Counted from the stretch's first letter, positions 28,503 through 49,844 are shown. The stretch is 64,000 bases of DNA from the human T2T-CHM13v2.0 reference genome, Homo sapiens (GCF_009914755.1 NC_060947.1), one strand, 5' to 3'. Notes: generated by a model not told the origin, from the letters alone. A program made the numbers and translations.

Positions 28503-28788
28503 GGCTATCATCTTTAGCAAACTAACACAGGAACAGAAAATCAAATATCTCATGTTGTCACTTACAAATGGGAGCTAAATGATAAGAACTTATGAACACA
28601 AAGAAGGAAACAACAGACAGTGGGCTCTACTTGATGGGGGAGGGTGGGAGTAGGGAGAGGAGCGGAAAAGTTAATTGAACTTAATGCCTGGGTGATGTAA
28701 TAATATGTACAACAAATCTCCATGACATGTTCATCTATGTAACAAACCTCCACATGTACTCCCAAACCTAAAATAAAAAAAATTTTTT
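28503..28788 (+). mobile_element. 5'-truncated older L1PA 3' end with 15-bp TSD
   Basis: aaaagtcttacagga (28488-28502) / aaaagccttacagga (28789-28803). Confidence 0.88.
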
Positions 28789-29644
28789 AAAAGCCTTACA
28801 GGAAAAACAATTATCTGGTAATAAAATACAAACACTCTCTCTAAAGACTTCCTTTAAAAGTCTTCAAGGAAGTTTTTTTAAAAAAAGATATTTATCCATG
28901 CTTAAAAAAATATGAGCCTTAATTGAAAAACTGACAATTCTCTGACCTTAGTAAAATGTAACATCCTCCAAACAACTGGCATGGGAAAGTAAATAGTTTT
29001 TTTTTGTATCAGTGGATGGTTTAGCTTAGTAACAATATGGCTAAATAATTTCTGTAAAGCCTGAAGTGCCTGTTTTGAAATGTCTGAGATATTATTTGTT
29101 TGGTGGTAGATTGGGGGTGGGGTATATGGAAATCAGCTCTAAGGATGACATGACATTGTTAGTAATGAACGTATTTAAAATAGGACTCAGGCAAGGCTAT
29201 TTGCAGAGCTGCCTGACTGGTGTGAATCTGCACAGACATATTTCTGGACTTCTGTTTGCAACTCATGGTAATTTACAGAGTAAATGGCTCAGGATGTGCA
29301 AAAGGGAACAACAGCCTATATAGATTTCAGGGGACTAAATGGAAATCTTCCTCCTTGACACAGGAAAATTGGCATGTGATGAATAGCTGATGGCTGGAAT
29401 TTTATGCTCTTGCATAAAATTCAATTTAATTTTCTTTAGGTTTTAAATCAACTCATTGATAATGTGTTAAAATGAAGAAAAGGAAGCATTTAGCCTTTGG
29501 GAATGTATTTACCCTTCAGTAGATGCTATTTAATAGACAAGATTTAACTTGCTTGAAATATGAAATTACTTTCTATGACTACCATATTCACCATTACTGT
29601 AGAAATGAACACTAAAATGTTTGAATATGCACAAAGGATATCAA

Positions 29645-29950
29645 ACAGGTGCATTTATTGAGTACCTGGTATGCCTCAGGCATTGTGATAAACAATTTAA
29701 ATACATTATTTCATTTCATCTGTATTCCAGTTCTACTTACACTTAACTACCATTTCACCCTTAGGCAAATCATTTAAAGTCTCTGAATTTTTTTTGTTTT
29801 CTCATCCCTATAGTAGAAACTTTAATAAGTGTCTTGCTTTCTGGTTCACTAGTCTATGCATTCAATACATATTTACTGTGTACTTATTATATACCAGTAG
29901 TTGTACTAGATGCTGGGGATACAACAGTGAATAAGGCGTTTTCCTGCCCA
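29645..29950. mobile_element. MIR and L2 fragments
   Basis: 'catttattgagtacct...caggcattgtg' (MIR, minus) and 'cattcaatacatatttactgtgtactt...gctggggatacaacagtgaataag' (L2 3' end, minus). Confidence 0.55.
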
Positions 29951-30242
29951 GAGGTTATTTGGTTTTTTAAACATGATGTATGTAGAAATGTAAGTGTGTA
30001 TTTTTTCCAACACTTATTAAAAAAATAACCTTTTAAGGTGGCACATCTAACAAGGTTGTTACAGAGATCAACTGAGGTAATGTCCAAGAAAAGTACTTGA
30101 TAAGTGATAAAAGGATATAAACCTACTTTGATGAATATTGGAAAATGGAGTTAATATTAAATCAACAAATTCCTTATGGATAAAAAATACTTTCAGGCTA
30201 AAATTTAATATTAATCTCTGAAAAAGTGTAGTTATGATTTCA

Positions 30243-30785
30243 TTAACGTGAACTGCAAATTATTGCTGGGATAATTGAAACGAGTCTAATATTCATGAAA
30301 AACTGCTGCTCAGTAAGAGTATAATGTGGGATGGGGGTGGAGCCAAGATGGCCGAATAGGAACAGCTCCAGTCTACAGCTCCCAGTATGAGTGATGCAGA
30401 AGATGGGTGATTTCTGCATTTCCATCTGAGGTACCAGGTTCATCTCACTAGGGAGTGCCAGACAGTGGGTGCAGGACAGTGGGTGCAGTGCACCGTGCAC
30501 AAGCTGAAGCAGGTTGAGGCATTGCCTCACTTGGGAAGTGCAAGGGGTCAGGGAGTTCCCTTTCCTAGTCAAAGAAAGGAGTGACAGATGGCACCTGGAA
30601 AATCGGGTCACTCCCACCCTAATACTGCGCTTTTCCAACGGGCTTAAAAAACGGCACACCAGGAGATTATATCCTGCAACTGGCTCAGAGGGTCCTACCC
30701 CCACAGAGCCTCGCTGATTGCTAGCACAGCAGTCTGAGATCAAACTGCAAGGAGGCAGCAAGGCTGGGGGAGGGGCGCCTGCCAT
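30243..30785 (-). CDS. ORF0: L1 antisense ORF0, extended to 180 codons and reading into the unique flank
   Basis: MAGAPPPALLPPCSLISDCCASNQ...RFSR is the primate L1 ORF0 N-terminus; gcaATGG start context; expression unknown. Confidence 0.6.
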   Translation of the reverse strand: MAGAPPPALLPPCSLISDCCASNQRGSVGVGPSEPVAGYNLLVCRFLSPLEKRSIRVGVTRFSRCHLSLLSLTRKGNSLTPCTSQVRQCLNLLQLVHGALHPLSCTHCLALPSEMNLVPQMEMQKSPIFCITHTGSCRLELFLFGHLGSTPIPHYTLTEQQFFMNIRLVSIIPAIICSSR

Positions 30786-31377
30786 TGCTCAGGCTTGATT
30801 AGGTAAGCAAAGCAGCCGGGAAGCTAGAACTGGGTGGAGCCCACCACAGCTCAATGAGGCCTGCCTGCCTCTGTAGGCTCCACCTCTGTGGGCAGGGCAC
30901 AGACAAACAAAAAGACAGCATTAACCTCTGCAGACTTAAATGTCCCTGTCTGACAGCTTTGAAGAGAGTAGTGGTTCTCCCAGCACATAGCTGGAGATCT
31001 GAGAACGGGCAGACTGCCTCCTCAAGTGGGTCCCTGACCCCCGAGCAGCCTAACTGGGAGGCACCCCCCAGTAGGGGCAGACTGACACCTCACACAGCCA
31101 GTACTCCTCCGAGACAAAACTTCCAGAGGAACAATCAGGCAGCAGCATTTGCGGTTCACCAAAATCCATTGTTCAACAGCCACCGCTGTTCTGCAGCCAC
31201 CACTGCTGATACCCAGGCAAACAGGGTCTGGAGTGGACCTCTAACAAACTCCAACAGAACTGCAGCTGAGGGTCCTGTCTGTTAGAAGGAAAACTAACAA
31301 ACAGAAAGGACATCCACACCAAAAACCCATCTGTACGTCACCATCATCAAAGACCAAAAGTAGATAAAATCACAAAG

Positions 31378-32409
31378 ATGGGGAAAAAACAGAGCAGAAA
31401 AACTGGAAACTCTAAAAAGCAGAGCACCTCTCCTCCTCCAAAGGAACGCAGTTCCTCACCAGCAATGGAACCTCACCAGCAATGGAACAAAGCTGGACGG
31501 AGAATGAATTCGACCATTTGAGAGAAGAAGGCTTCAGATGATCAAACTACTCCGAGCTACAGGAGGAAATTCAAACCAATGGCAAAGAAGTTAAAAACTT
31601 TGAAAAAAAATTAGACGAATGGCTAACTAGAATAACCAATACAGAGAAGTCCTTAAAGGACATGATGGAGCTGAAAGCCAAGGCTCGAGAACTACGTGAA
31701 GAATGCAGAAGCCTCAGGAGCCGATGCGATCAACTGGAAGAAAGGGTATCAGTGATGGAAAACGAAATTAACGAAATGAAGTGAGAAGGGAAGTTTAGAG
31801 AAAAAAGAATAAAAAGAAATGAACAAAGCCTCCAAGAAATATGGGACTATGTGAAAAGACCAAATCTACGTCTGATTGGTGTACCTGAAAGTGATGGGGA
31901 GAATGGAACCAAGTTGGAAAACACTCTGCAGGATATTATCCAGGAGAACTTCCCCAATCTAGCAAGGCAGGCCAACATTCAGATTCAGGACATACAGAGA
32001 ACGCCACAAAGGTACTCCTCAAGAAGAGCAACTCCAAGACACATAATTGTCAGATTCACCAAAGTTGAAATGAAGGAAAAAATGTTAAGGGCAGCCAGAG
32101 AGAAAGGTCGGGTTACCCACAAAGGGAAGCCCATCAGACTAACAGCGGATCTCTCGGCAGAAACTCTACAAGCCAGAAGAGAGTGGGGGCCAATATTCAA
32201 CATTCTTAAAGAAAAGAATTTTCCACCCAGAATTTCATATCCAGCCAAACTAAGCTTCATAAGTGAAGGAGAAATAAAATCCTTTACACACAAGCAAATG
32301 CTGAGAGATTTTCACCACCAGGCCTGCCCTAAAAGAGCTCCTGAAGGAAGCACTAAACATGGAAAGGAACAATCGGTACCAGCCACTGCAAAAACATGCC
32401 AAATTATAA
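31378..32409 (+). pseudogene. ORF1: L1 ORF1p, disrupted
   Basis: ATG GGG AAA AAA CAG start; 17-bp tandem duplication 31454-31487, TGA stops (~31538, ~31782), small deletion near 32310. Confidence 0.93.
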
Positions 32410-32457
32410 AGACTATCAAGGCTAGGAAGAAACTGCATCAACTAAAGAGCAAAATAA

Positions 32458-36299
<3,842 letters not shown>

Positions 36300-36525
36300 A
36301 CAATGAGAACACATGGACACAGGATGGGGAACATCACACTCCGGGGACTGTTGTGGGGTGGGGGGAGGGGGGAGGGATAGCATTAGGAGATATACCTAAT
36401 GCTAAATGATGAGTTAATGGGTGCAGCACACCAACATGGCACATGTATACATACGTAACAAACCTGCACATTGTGCACATGTACCCTAAAACTTAAAGTA
36501 TAATAATGATAAATTTAAAAAAAAA

Positions 36526-36896
36526 GAGATAGGAAAAGAAACAGACACACAGGGAGGAAGGCCATGTGAAGAAGGAAGTAGAGATTGGAGCTGTGCTGCC
36601 ACAAGCCAAGGAAGGCCAGGAGCCACCAACAGCGGGAACAGGCAAGGAAGCGTTCTCCCCCAGTGCCGTCACAGAGAGCATGGCCCCACAACACCTTCAT
36701 TTTGGACTTTTGGCCTTTGGAACGATGAGAGAATACATTTCCTATTTTTTTAAAAAAAGAAATTAAAAAAATCTTATTGTTAAATTTAGAATATCAAAAA
36801 TCATAACATATTTTGATCTGTAATCACAAAGCTCAAACTCAGTGTCCCTCCTTCCCCATCTTCCTAGTGTTTAATATATGTTTAAATTTAAAAAAA
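36526..36896 (+). mobile_element. L1 3' transduction: MLT1 LTR 3' half + A-tract, then ~118 bp unique DNA + A-tract
   Basis: Lies between the L1 poly(A) and the 3' TSD; AATACA (36732) precedes A-tract 36752-36771, AATATA (36873) precedes A-tract 36890-36898. Confidence 0.88.
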
Positions 36897-37559
36897 AAGA
36901 GTATAATGTGGGATGATGTTAACATGATGGTCTCTCCTTTACAAACAGACTTGTCATGCTAGTTGAAGATACCATCAAAGTGAAGAAGTTTATGTATAAT
37001 TTGGCTGAAAACATTTTTTATTGAAGGAGAGCTAATAATGCTGTATGTCAAACTCACAAGTTTGTGAAAAGGAACTTCTGAGTTGGAAGATGTACTACCA
37101 AATATATAGATTAATTCATTCATTACTTCATTCATTCTATAATAAACCTCTTCAGTCCCAAAATAATTTGGAGCCCAAGAACTGACCTCTTTAAATTCCT
37201 TAATCACCCCCTTGCAGGTAAAGGAAGGTCATGAAGGCTGGGGATAGTTAGAAGATACAGAAAAATGAGATTATCTTTTATAGTTTCTTAGTAGAAACTA
37301 GATTTTTGGTTTTCCTTTGTTTTGGACTTTCTCCCATTTCGGTTTTCTTAATTGTCACAGACAGATTGTTTTCTGTTGTTTGAGTTTTAACAGTTGGTGT
37401 TCCTGATTTTTGCCCTTGACACATAATACTGGGGAACAGGAGTAAACAGCGCAATTTTCTCCAAAGCTGAAAAATTTTTGCAAATTTTTCCCTTTCATGT
37501 ACTGAATTCTACTTGAGATAAGCCTGATTAATCCATCGTAAAATAGCTATAAGTTAAAG

Positions 37560-37778
37560 CAGGGAATATCAAACTATGGCTCACAGGCCAAATCCAGCTA
37601 ATAGCTTGTTTCTTTAAAGTTTGTTAGAACATGGCCAGGCCCATTCATTTAAATATCATCTATGGCTGCTTTCATATTACAACAGCAGGGTCAACTAATT
37701 GCAACAAAGATTGTATGGCCTGCAAAGTTGAAAATCTTTACTTTATAACCCTTTAGAGAAAAAATTTGCCAATAGCTG
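37560..37778 (+). mobile_element. MER58A-like hAT MITE
   Basis: CAG...CTG termini, 'ggccaaatccagc' core, 8-bp TSD agttaaag/agctaaag. Confidence 0.85.
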
Positions 37779-38789
37779 AGCTAAAGCATTAACTAACTTT
37801 AAATATACATATATGATCATTTTACAGATATATATTGACTTACAACACTTATTTGACCATGGTAATTAATTATATCTTAAATTTTTAAATAAAGTTATTT
37901 GTGAGGATTTAAAATATTCTAAGTGGGCTTTTCCTTCACAGGCAGAATTCTATCAAGTCTTCCCTCCCCCAACTTTTCACACCATCTCTAAAGCAGCAGG
38001 GAGTGCTGGTTATTTAAACATCTTAATTATAGTACTAAAGAAAGAAGTCATGATCATTTATCTCCCAGCTGTTCAACAAAATCATTGTCTTTTCAACAAA
38101 AATACTAAAGTAATCTCTACAGAGTGATATAAAATAGCTGCTGCATGATATCATAAAATTAAATTATATATTCCATAATTTTAACATAACTCAACTTAAA
38201 GTTTGATATGGATACTGTGCCTTAAATTTGGAAACCCTAAATCTTATAAGGAAAAGGATAATTCTAATTAATAGAATGTAATTATGAAATTTTCAAATAT
38301 AATCACAAACTATTCTGGGTAAAAAATATAGCGCTATTCAGTGCTTTCAAAAGGAGAAGTGTCAGATCCTGCTGTTCAGACTATAGCTACTCTGCAGATA
38401 CTAATTTAATATGGCAAATGAAGAAGTGATTTCTTTTTAAAATGAGGATAATATACTTACCAAGTGATTCAATGAGTCACATCACCACTTAGTTTAGGTA
38501 ATTTGCCAAGTGACTATGCCATTTGTTCGCAGGGATAGCGGGGAGACTCCCTTTGTTCTGAAATATTTTCTTATGTACCTGTGAACCTTACTGTAGGTAC
38601 ACAGAGGGTAGATGCTGTCCTGAACAACGTGAGACATCTGGCTGACTTTGGTCAAATATGTTTGCTCAGTTATCCTCCTACATCAATAACTTGTTCTTCT
38701 TTGCCTCCTTCAACTGTTTCTTTTCCTTCTCTCTTCTCCTAAAGGTAGGCATTCTCCAAAGTGCTTTATTAGCTCTTCTTCATTGTCTA

Positions 38790-39385
38790 AAAACTTTTTA
38801 TTTTCATATAAATTTAAACCTAAACAGAAAAGTTGCAAAAATCATACAAGGAATTTCCATATACCCTTAGTCAAGATTCACCAATTATTTGCATTTTGCT
38901 CCATTTGTTTTATCACTGTCTCTCTCTCTCTGTGTCTTTGTCTTTCTCTCTCTCTCTCTCCCTGCGTATGTGTGTGTGCATAGTATTATTTTTTGAACCA
39001 TTTAATAGTAAGTTAAAGACAATGTGCCCCTTTACCCCTATATACTTCAGAATGTATGTTCTAAGAACTAATTCCTTCTTTTACATAACTATACCATAGT
39101 TATCAAAATTAGGACATTCAACATTAACGTAATAATATTTTCTATCCAAAGCTCATATCCAAATTTTATCAGTTATTCCAATAATGTTCTTTATAGCTAT
39201 GTTTTTCCAGTGTAGGATCTCGAACTAAATCATGTGTTATATTAACCATTATGCCTCTAATTTCTTTTAACTGGTATAGTTTTTCTGTTTTACTTTGTAT
39301 TTTTGACCCGAGCACTTTGGAAGAGTATAGGAAAGCTATTTTATAGACTGTCCCTCAAGTTGGGTTTGTCTAGTGTTTTCTCAGC
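38790..39385 (-). mobile_element. L1MC4/5-like 3' end, apparently within an L2 fragment
   Basis: 'acagaaaagttgcaaaa...gcattttgctccattt...cccctatatacttcag' motifs. Confidence 0.7.
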
Positions 39386-39559
39386 AGCCATTCTTTTATT
39401 CCTTTCTAAGCAACTTTTCCAGATCTCACCCAATTTTCTAGCTTCAACTTCTTATCTATATCACCAATTTTCTTGTCTTCCCTTGTCTTAACCAAGGCAT
39501 ATCATTGTTTCTACTTCTGACAACGCAACAAAGCAGCTAACTTGAAAAAAATTTAATGA

Positions 39560-41350
39560 AAACTACCTAAAATAAAATATCTTGACATGCTGGGAGAAAA
39601 CATTGTTTTAAATGCATAGTTGAGTCCACTAGAAAGTAACAAAAACCTCATAAGACAAAAAACTCAGTGATAACCAGAAACTAGAGTGGGAAACTGATGC
39701 TGAAGCTGAAGCTCTGGCTACCTGAGACGCCTTTTGGGACCTGAATTGATAATCCTCAATAATTCTTTTTAAAAGTACACGATAAAGGAAGGGGTGAAAT
39801 GGAAACAAATATCTACCAGCAAAAGAAGATGACAAAGAAATCTGTTTACAGTGAAACTGACTTGGGCTCTGGATTTTAAAAAAAAAGTCAAAAAACCCTC
39901 TTCCTTGAGAATTTGAGAGCATAGATTTGTTTCTTTCAGAATTGGAGTTTGAATTTATACAAGTTACGTATTTTAGGAAGTCCCAAATACATCTAAGAAA
40001 TTTAAGTGATTCTGAGTTTGCTTGGCAGAAGAAAATGTAAACCTTTTCAGAAGGGTCACACTTCAGTCTTCACAGAATTCTCTTAGATAAAATCCAATAA
40101 AATAGAAGCTCACAATCCAAAGTTAGAAAATGCCTAGGGAAAAAAACTGCTATGAGTAAGAATCAGCAGAATTAGAACCCCCCAAAAATGAGATAGAATT
40201 ACTAGCCATATACCACAAAATAAGTACATTTAAAGTGATTAAAGAATGAGAAAATAGACGTGATAACACGGCCCAGTATAAAATATTCCCACACAGATTA
40301 ACAACACCTAAATGTTACTTGGAGGAATAAAAAATATAGTTGCTGAAATAAACAAAACTCAGTGGATGGTTTAAATGGTAGAACAGATTCAGCTGAAGAG
40401 AGACAAGGAAGAATTATCGAGGTGTAGCATAGAGATGTAGACATGGCAAACATAAAAAAGACCGAGAAATAGAGAATAGAATAAGACCTTACATATTTTC
40501 AACAATAACAATGGATTAAGATCTGTATGCTGAGAAAAAATAACTGTCAATCTGGAATTGTAACATATGATACATGATTTTTTAAGAAAAAAAAGTGAAC
40601 TAAATATTTTTTCAGACAAACCTGAGAGCTTACCAACAAAAAACCTTTATTAAAAGAACTTCTAAAGCACATGCTTTAAGAAGGACAATCATCTCAAAGA
40701 AAGGACTGAATGCAAAAAGAATAGTGAGCAAAGGAATTGGAAGACATATGGGTATGCTGGAAAACAATCATTGAATAATGATAGCCTTAACTTGAATACA
40801 TCCTGACTTGTCCAAGTTGAACACACTGATTTACTTCTACAGCCTCCTGAAACTCCACTAAAACAAATATAAAGAATTTTTTTAAATACTTGAGTGCATA
40901 AGGACAATGCAAACAAAGAATAGAGATAGCAATTATGGAAGATGGAAAGAAAGCAGAGGAATAAATATTAACTTATTTAGTAGACCTAGGAGAGCTGAAT
41001 CTTGAGCCTTGAGAAATCTGATTTTTATCACAGAACCCTGAATTGGAGGGGTCAGTTACCTGTGGAAGTAGAGGGGCATGTAGAGTTCATAATTAGAACT
41101 ACTTTGGGAATTAAAACCAAATAAAACTAAAATACTTTGGAAAATAACATGTAAGAAGATAAGAGTTGAATGGAATTAAAATGATCTTCTACAAAATGAG
41201 ATATTAAATTTAGTCTTTGTAAACAACGTGTGTTAAAATATTAAGGAATGGAGATAAAAATGTATAACTTCTGAGCCAGTGGAAAATGAAAACTAAATTT
41301 ATAAAATGCACATGTATATAATATATATTTAAAATAGATATAGGTATAGG
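39560..41350 (+). mobile_element. Highly decayed L1M 5'/ORF1 fragments
   Basis: A-rich sense strand with 'aatattttttcagacaaa' ORF1 C-terminal motif. Confidence 0.5.
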
Positions 41351-42305
41351 CATCAATGAAATAGATGTAGATATAATAGGTATAGATACAGATAAGCTCT
41401 GCTATCACAGAGTCAGGGGTTGTCCTACAAGATCTGATATTCAAATCATACTCAAATTTCTCATTAACCAGTAAACTCTAAGTTTTCTTTTTCACCTGGG
41501 ATAAGGGTAGATTCAGTGGATTATTGCCATCATTTTTATAATGATAATAATAGCAACTAGTTGTAATAGTCTAAATTGCTTCAAAGGAAGAATAATTGGA
41601 AGAACTGTATAATAGGAATAATAGTAAAAATACTGCTGAATTAAGCCACAAGCTCAGTCTAGACCCTATTGAGATTAGATTACATTTGAATAAAAAATAG
41701 ACATCAAATGAACCATGCCCTGTATGTTCAGCCTCTTCTTGAAATCAAAGATGTTCATTGTTGTTTTGTCATTAGATGTTATGGTACAACAAAATCCTAT
41801 CAAATGGTGAAGTTATTTCTAGGACAATCCATTAAATTATTCATTGTAGTTTTAAGTCAGATTTCAGAATTGTGAAGAAAAGCATTGGAAGGGGATGTTC
41901 CATGTATTTTTAATACTGAATCCATAGAAACCAGAATATTTTATGATAAAACCTACTAGCAAGATAGGAAGCTGCTTTTGAACTTTTCTTTCCTTTTATT
42001 TCTTTTGTTTTAATGGATTAAATGCTGAAAACAGAAGCTGAAACAGTAAGTTTAGGAGTACCAAACAAAGATGTATTATATTCCTAGGATAATGTGAACA
42101 TAAAAAAATTGCATCATTTTCCATTTGAAAATAGCCTAAAATATAAAACCAAATTGAACAATAATTTGTCAGAAGGGGAACAGGTTGCACTTTATGATAT
42201 TGGTCTCTTTTTCATGAAGATTCTGACTACATGTCACTCTATATGGTTTCCATATGTGGCATGGATCTTATCATATAGCTACTATTCATACAGTTTTACT
42301 TAGAA

Positions 42306-42479
42306 GAGTGATTCTCAACCCTGGTTGCACATTGGAATTACTTGGGATGCTTTAGAAAATACTGATGCCTGGGATCCACTCCCACAGATTCTGATGTAAT
42401 TGGTCTAGAGAGCAATGTGAGCATTGGGCTTTTTAATTTCCAAGTGTTTCTAATATGTAGCCAAGCCTGAGAACCACTG
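42306..42479. mobile_element. MER5-family hAT MITE
   Basis: Termini 'agtgattctcaac' / 'tgagaaccactg', core 'cagattctgatgtaattggtct'. Confidence 0.82.
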
Positions 42480-43509
42480 AGGTAGAGGATTCAACTTAGG
42501 CTTCTTACAGCTTTCGAACCCCTGGGTTTCTAAGGGCTTCCTAAAATCAAAGGCCATTTCTCTGGTTAAAACTAATAATGTTGAACAAAGGATCTCCTTT
42601 TTAAAATTTCTTTTAAAGTTAGTGAAGCCTGTAACTCATCTCTCTCTTAGCCTCTTCTTGTTTCCCACCCACTCTACTTTCCCGACCATTTGAATATTTG
42701 CTGTGATCCCAGGCAGCACAAAGGGTGGACACCCAGCCCCACTTCCCTCACCATGACTCATCCTAAAAGCTGTTTGCCGAATGAGGCTCTGGTTTTTGTT
42801 TCAGACTTCATGTAAGGGCATCCACAACCCTACACAACAATGCCTGTTCTTGCTCAACTCCCCCTCAGTCCCCGCCCAACCTCCTACTCTCTATTCAAAA
42901 CCCAGCCAGAAGAAAAACAAGGCATTTGTCCCCAGCAGTTTGCAAACCAGTCATGCTTTTCCAACATACACAGGGTTACCATTCAGCAACCCAGGATTCT
43001 TGAAACTAATTCCCTAGGCATTCATCAAATACACTTGTAGCCCTCCAAAGACATTAGGAATTTTCAGCCTCTGTGATACGTAGACTGTGGATGGGATTGG
43101 CCTTTCACGATGCTTATAAAGGAAGGACTTCCAAACCTCCCAAATCTACAGGACAGCAGATAGAGGCCCCTTTTAGAAATATTCATAGGCATTTGCCCTA
43201 AACTTTTCAATGGGAGCTCAATTTGGCTGTGTTTTGGGCACAGATGTATGTTTACTGGTCAGCTACAGGGGAAAGTAGCATGGTAAGGGTTTGGGACAGG
43301 GAAGTAGAGCTAGATCTGTCCAGTGGACTGTGGTGAGGACTAAAGAAGAAAGTACACCGACAGGTGAGCTCCAGAACTAGAGGGTGGCTAAGAGACAGTA
43401 GATGGTAGTCCCTGCCTGACATGAGAACCATGGAGGAAGGAGAGGAGCTGACAGATTTCTGAGGCACAGTGAAGAGGAATCCAGCATTAACAATCTTCTG
43501 AAATCCAAG

Positions 43510-47429
<3,920 letters not shown>

Positions 47430-47709
47430 CTAAGTAGGACAGTAGTTACCACGGGCTCAATCTCTAGGCAGAGAACAAGACCTTCATTCTGCTCTTTGAG
47501 AATGGGGTGGGGTATGAGATGGTGGCAGTAGAGTAGGAGAAGAGTATGGGAGGGCCATAAGCCTCAAGAGAATTGGTCAGAGATCCCTTACATGTAATTA
47601 TTTGCATGTCTTTGATCTCAGTTCAAGATTTAGCTGTGAATATTTGAGAAATTATTTAACATTTGGAGTCTCAGCTTTCTCATCTTTAAAATGTGTGAAG
47701 TAATACTTG

Positions 47710-48379
<670 letters not shown>

Positions 48380-48444
48380 ACTTGCCTCTCAAGAGTGTAA
48401 TAAAGATTCAATGACATCAGTATAAAGCAATTAAATAGCATCTT

Positions 48445-48930
48445 GGTAGAGTTTATGCATACATGACTTCAATTCTCCCTTTCTTTGTATCCATGCCTCA
48501 TTGCAATGTGACTTTGTAGTTTCTTATATCAAAAGGTGAAGTTTATCTCTTTACCCTTTGAGCCTGGACTTGTCTTTTTACCTGCTTTGGACAATGGAAT
48601 GCAACAGAAGTGTTCTGCATGTATGCTTTAAGAGGCCTTGCACATCTCCTTTTGCTCTCTTACAACACTGCTGCTGCCATGTAAACAAGCTCAGGCTAGC
48701 CTGCTGGAAGATAACAAGCATATGGCTCTGTTGCCCCAAACATCTGATAGGACAGCCAGCCAATCCCCCAGAGCATAACCAATTAGCTGACTGAAAGTTG
48801 ATTGTAGAGCCAGCTAAGACCAGAAATGTCCAGTTAAGCTCAGTGTCTGTTGCCAACTCAAATTTTGAGATAAATTAAAAATTATTGTTTTAAGCCATTG
48901 GGGTAATTTTTATGCTGAAAAAGCTGATAC
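48445..48930 (+). mobile_element. Older MLT1 (G/H/I-type) LTR
   Basis: Ends 'ttgttttaagccattggggtaattttt...gctgataca'; MIR sequence resumes after it. Confidence 0.65.
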
Positions 48931-49592
48931 AGTCCCTGGCACAGAGTTAGCACCCAATGATGATAGCTGCTGTGATTCATAATAGTATTAACTGAGTGCC
49001 AGGTGAAATACCTAGAGCCAAATGAGCCTCACAGTTGTATACTGCCTGGTATAAACAGTAGTACCTGTACAATGTTTGTAAGTTTTTAAAGTCAATTACA
49101 ATATTTTAAAATTGGGAGAGTTTACATAAAATCAGCTAACCCAGCTTTCCTTCTCCAGGCAACAACTGCAAGATCTGAGTAGTTGCTGCCCTTGAAATGG
49201 GGAAATTTCTCCTTAGATGTTCAGTTTCCCCAACTTTCTGTGGTTTCTGAAACACAATTATTCACTCAAAAGTATTGATTCTGTTTCTTATATGTAGCAG
49301 GCATTGTTCTAGGGTCTGAAGATACAGTGACAAAAAAAGAAAACAAACTTTCTACTTTCCTATGGAGTTTGCAAGTGTGTGACAGCGTGGACTGAGGGGG
49401 GTTGCACAGAGGCTGGGAAACAGTCCATATCCTTGCACAAATTTTTTATTTTGCTATAGGAAGCCAGCAATAAAATCATTTTTTAATTATTTATAAAAAC
49501 AGGACACTTAAAGAAGAAAGTCGAAGAAAAACATTTGCTGAACCATAGACGGATTGTTGAGAAGGATATTATGGCCCCATCTAAGCTTAGAG

Positions 49593-49802
49593 CAGGGTTT
49601 CTCAGCTAAGGCTATTGATATTTCAGACTAGATAATTATTTGTTATGGGGGCTGTCCTGTGCATTGTAGAATATTTAGCAGCATCCTTGACCTCCACCTA
49701 CTAGACGCCAGTAGCACCTCTCAGTTGTGACAACCAAAACTGTCTCTAGACATTGCCAACTGTTCCTTATGGGGCAACATTGTCCCTGTTTGAGAACTAA
49801 TG
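49593..49802 (-). mobile_element. MER20
   Basis: Full-length 'cagggtttctcag...tgagaactaatg' with the MER20 core. Confidence 0.88.
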
Positions 49803-49844
49803 ACATAGAGTGAAGGAGAAATACAATGGGCAAAAGCTGTCAAC

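Noticed and set aside
42735-42765. AP-1 (TGACTCA) and ETS-like sites
   Set aside because: Short motifs expected by chance in 64 kb.
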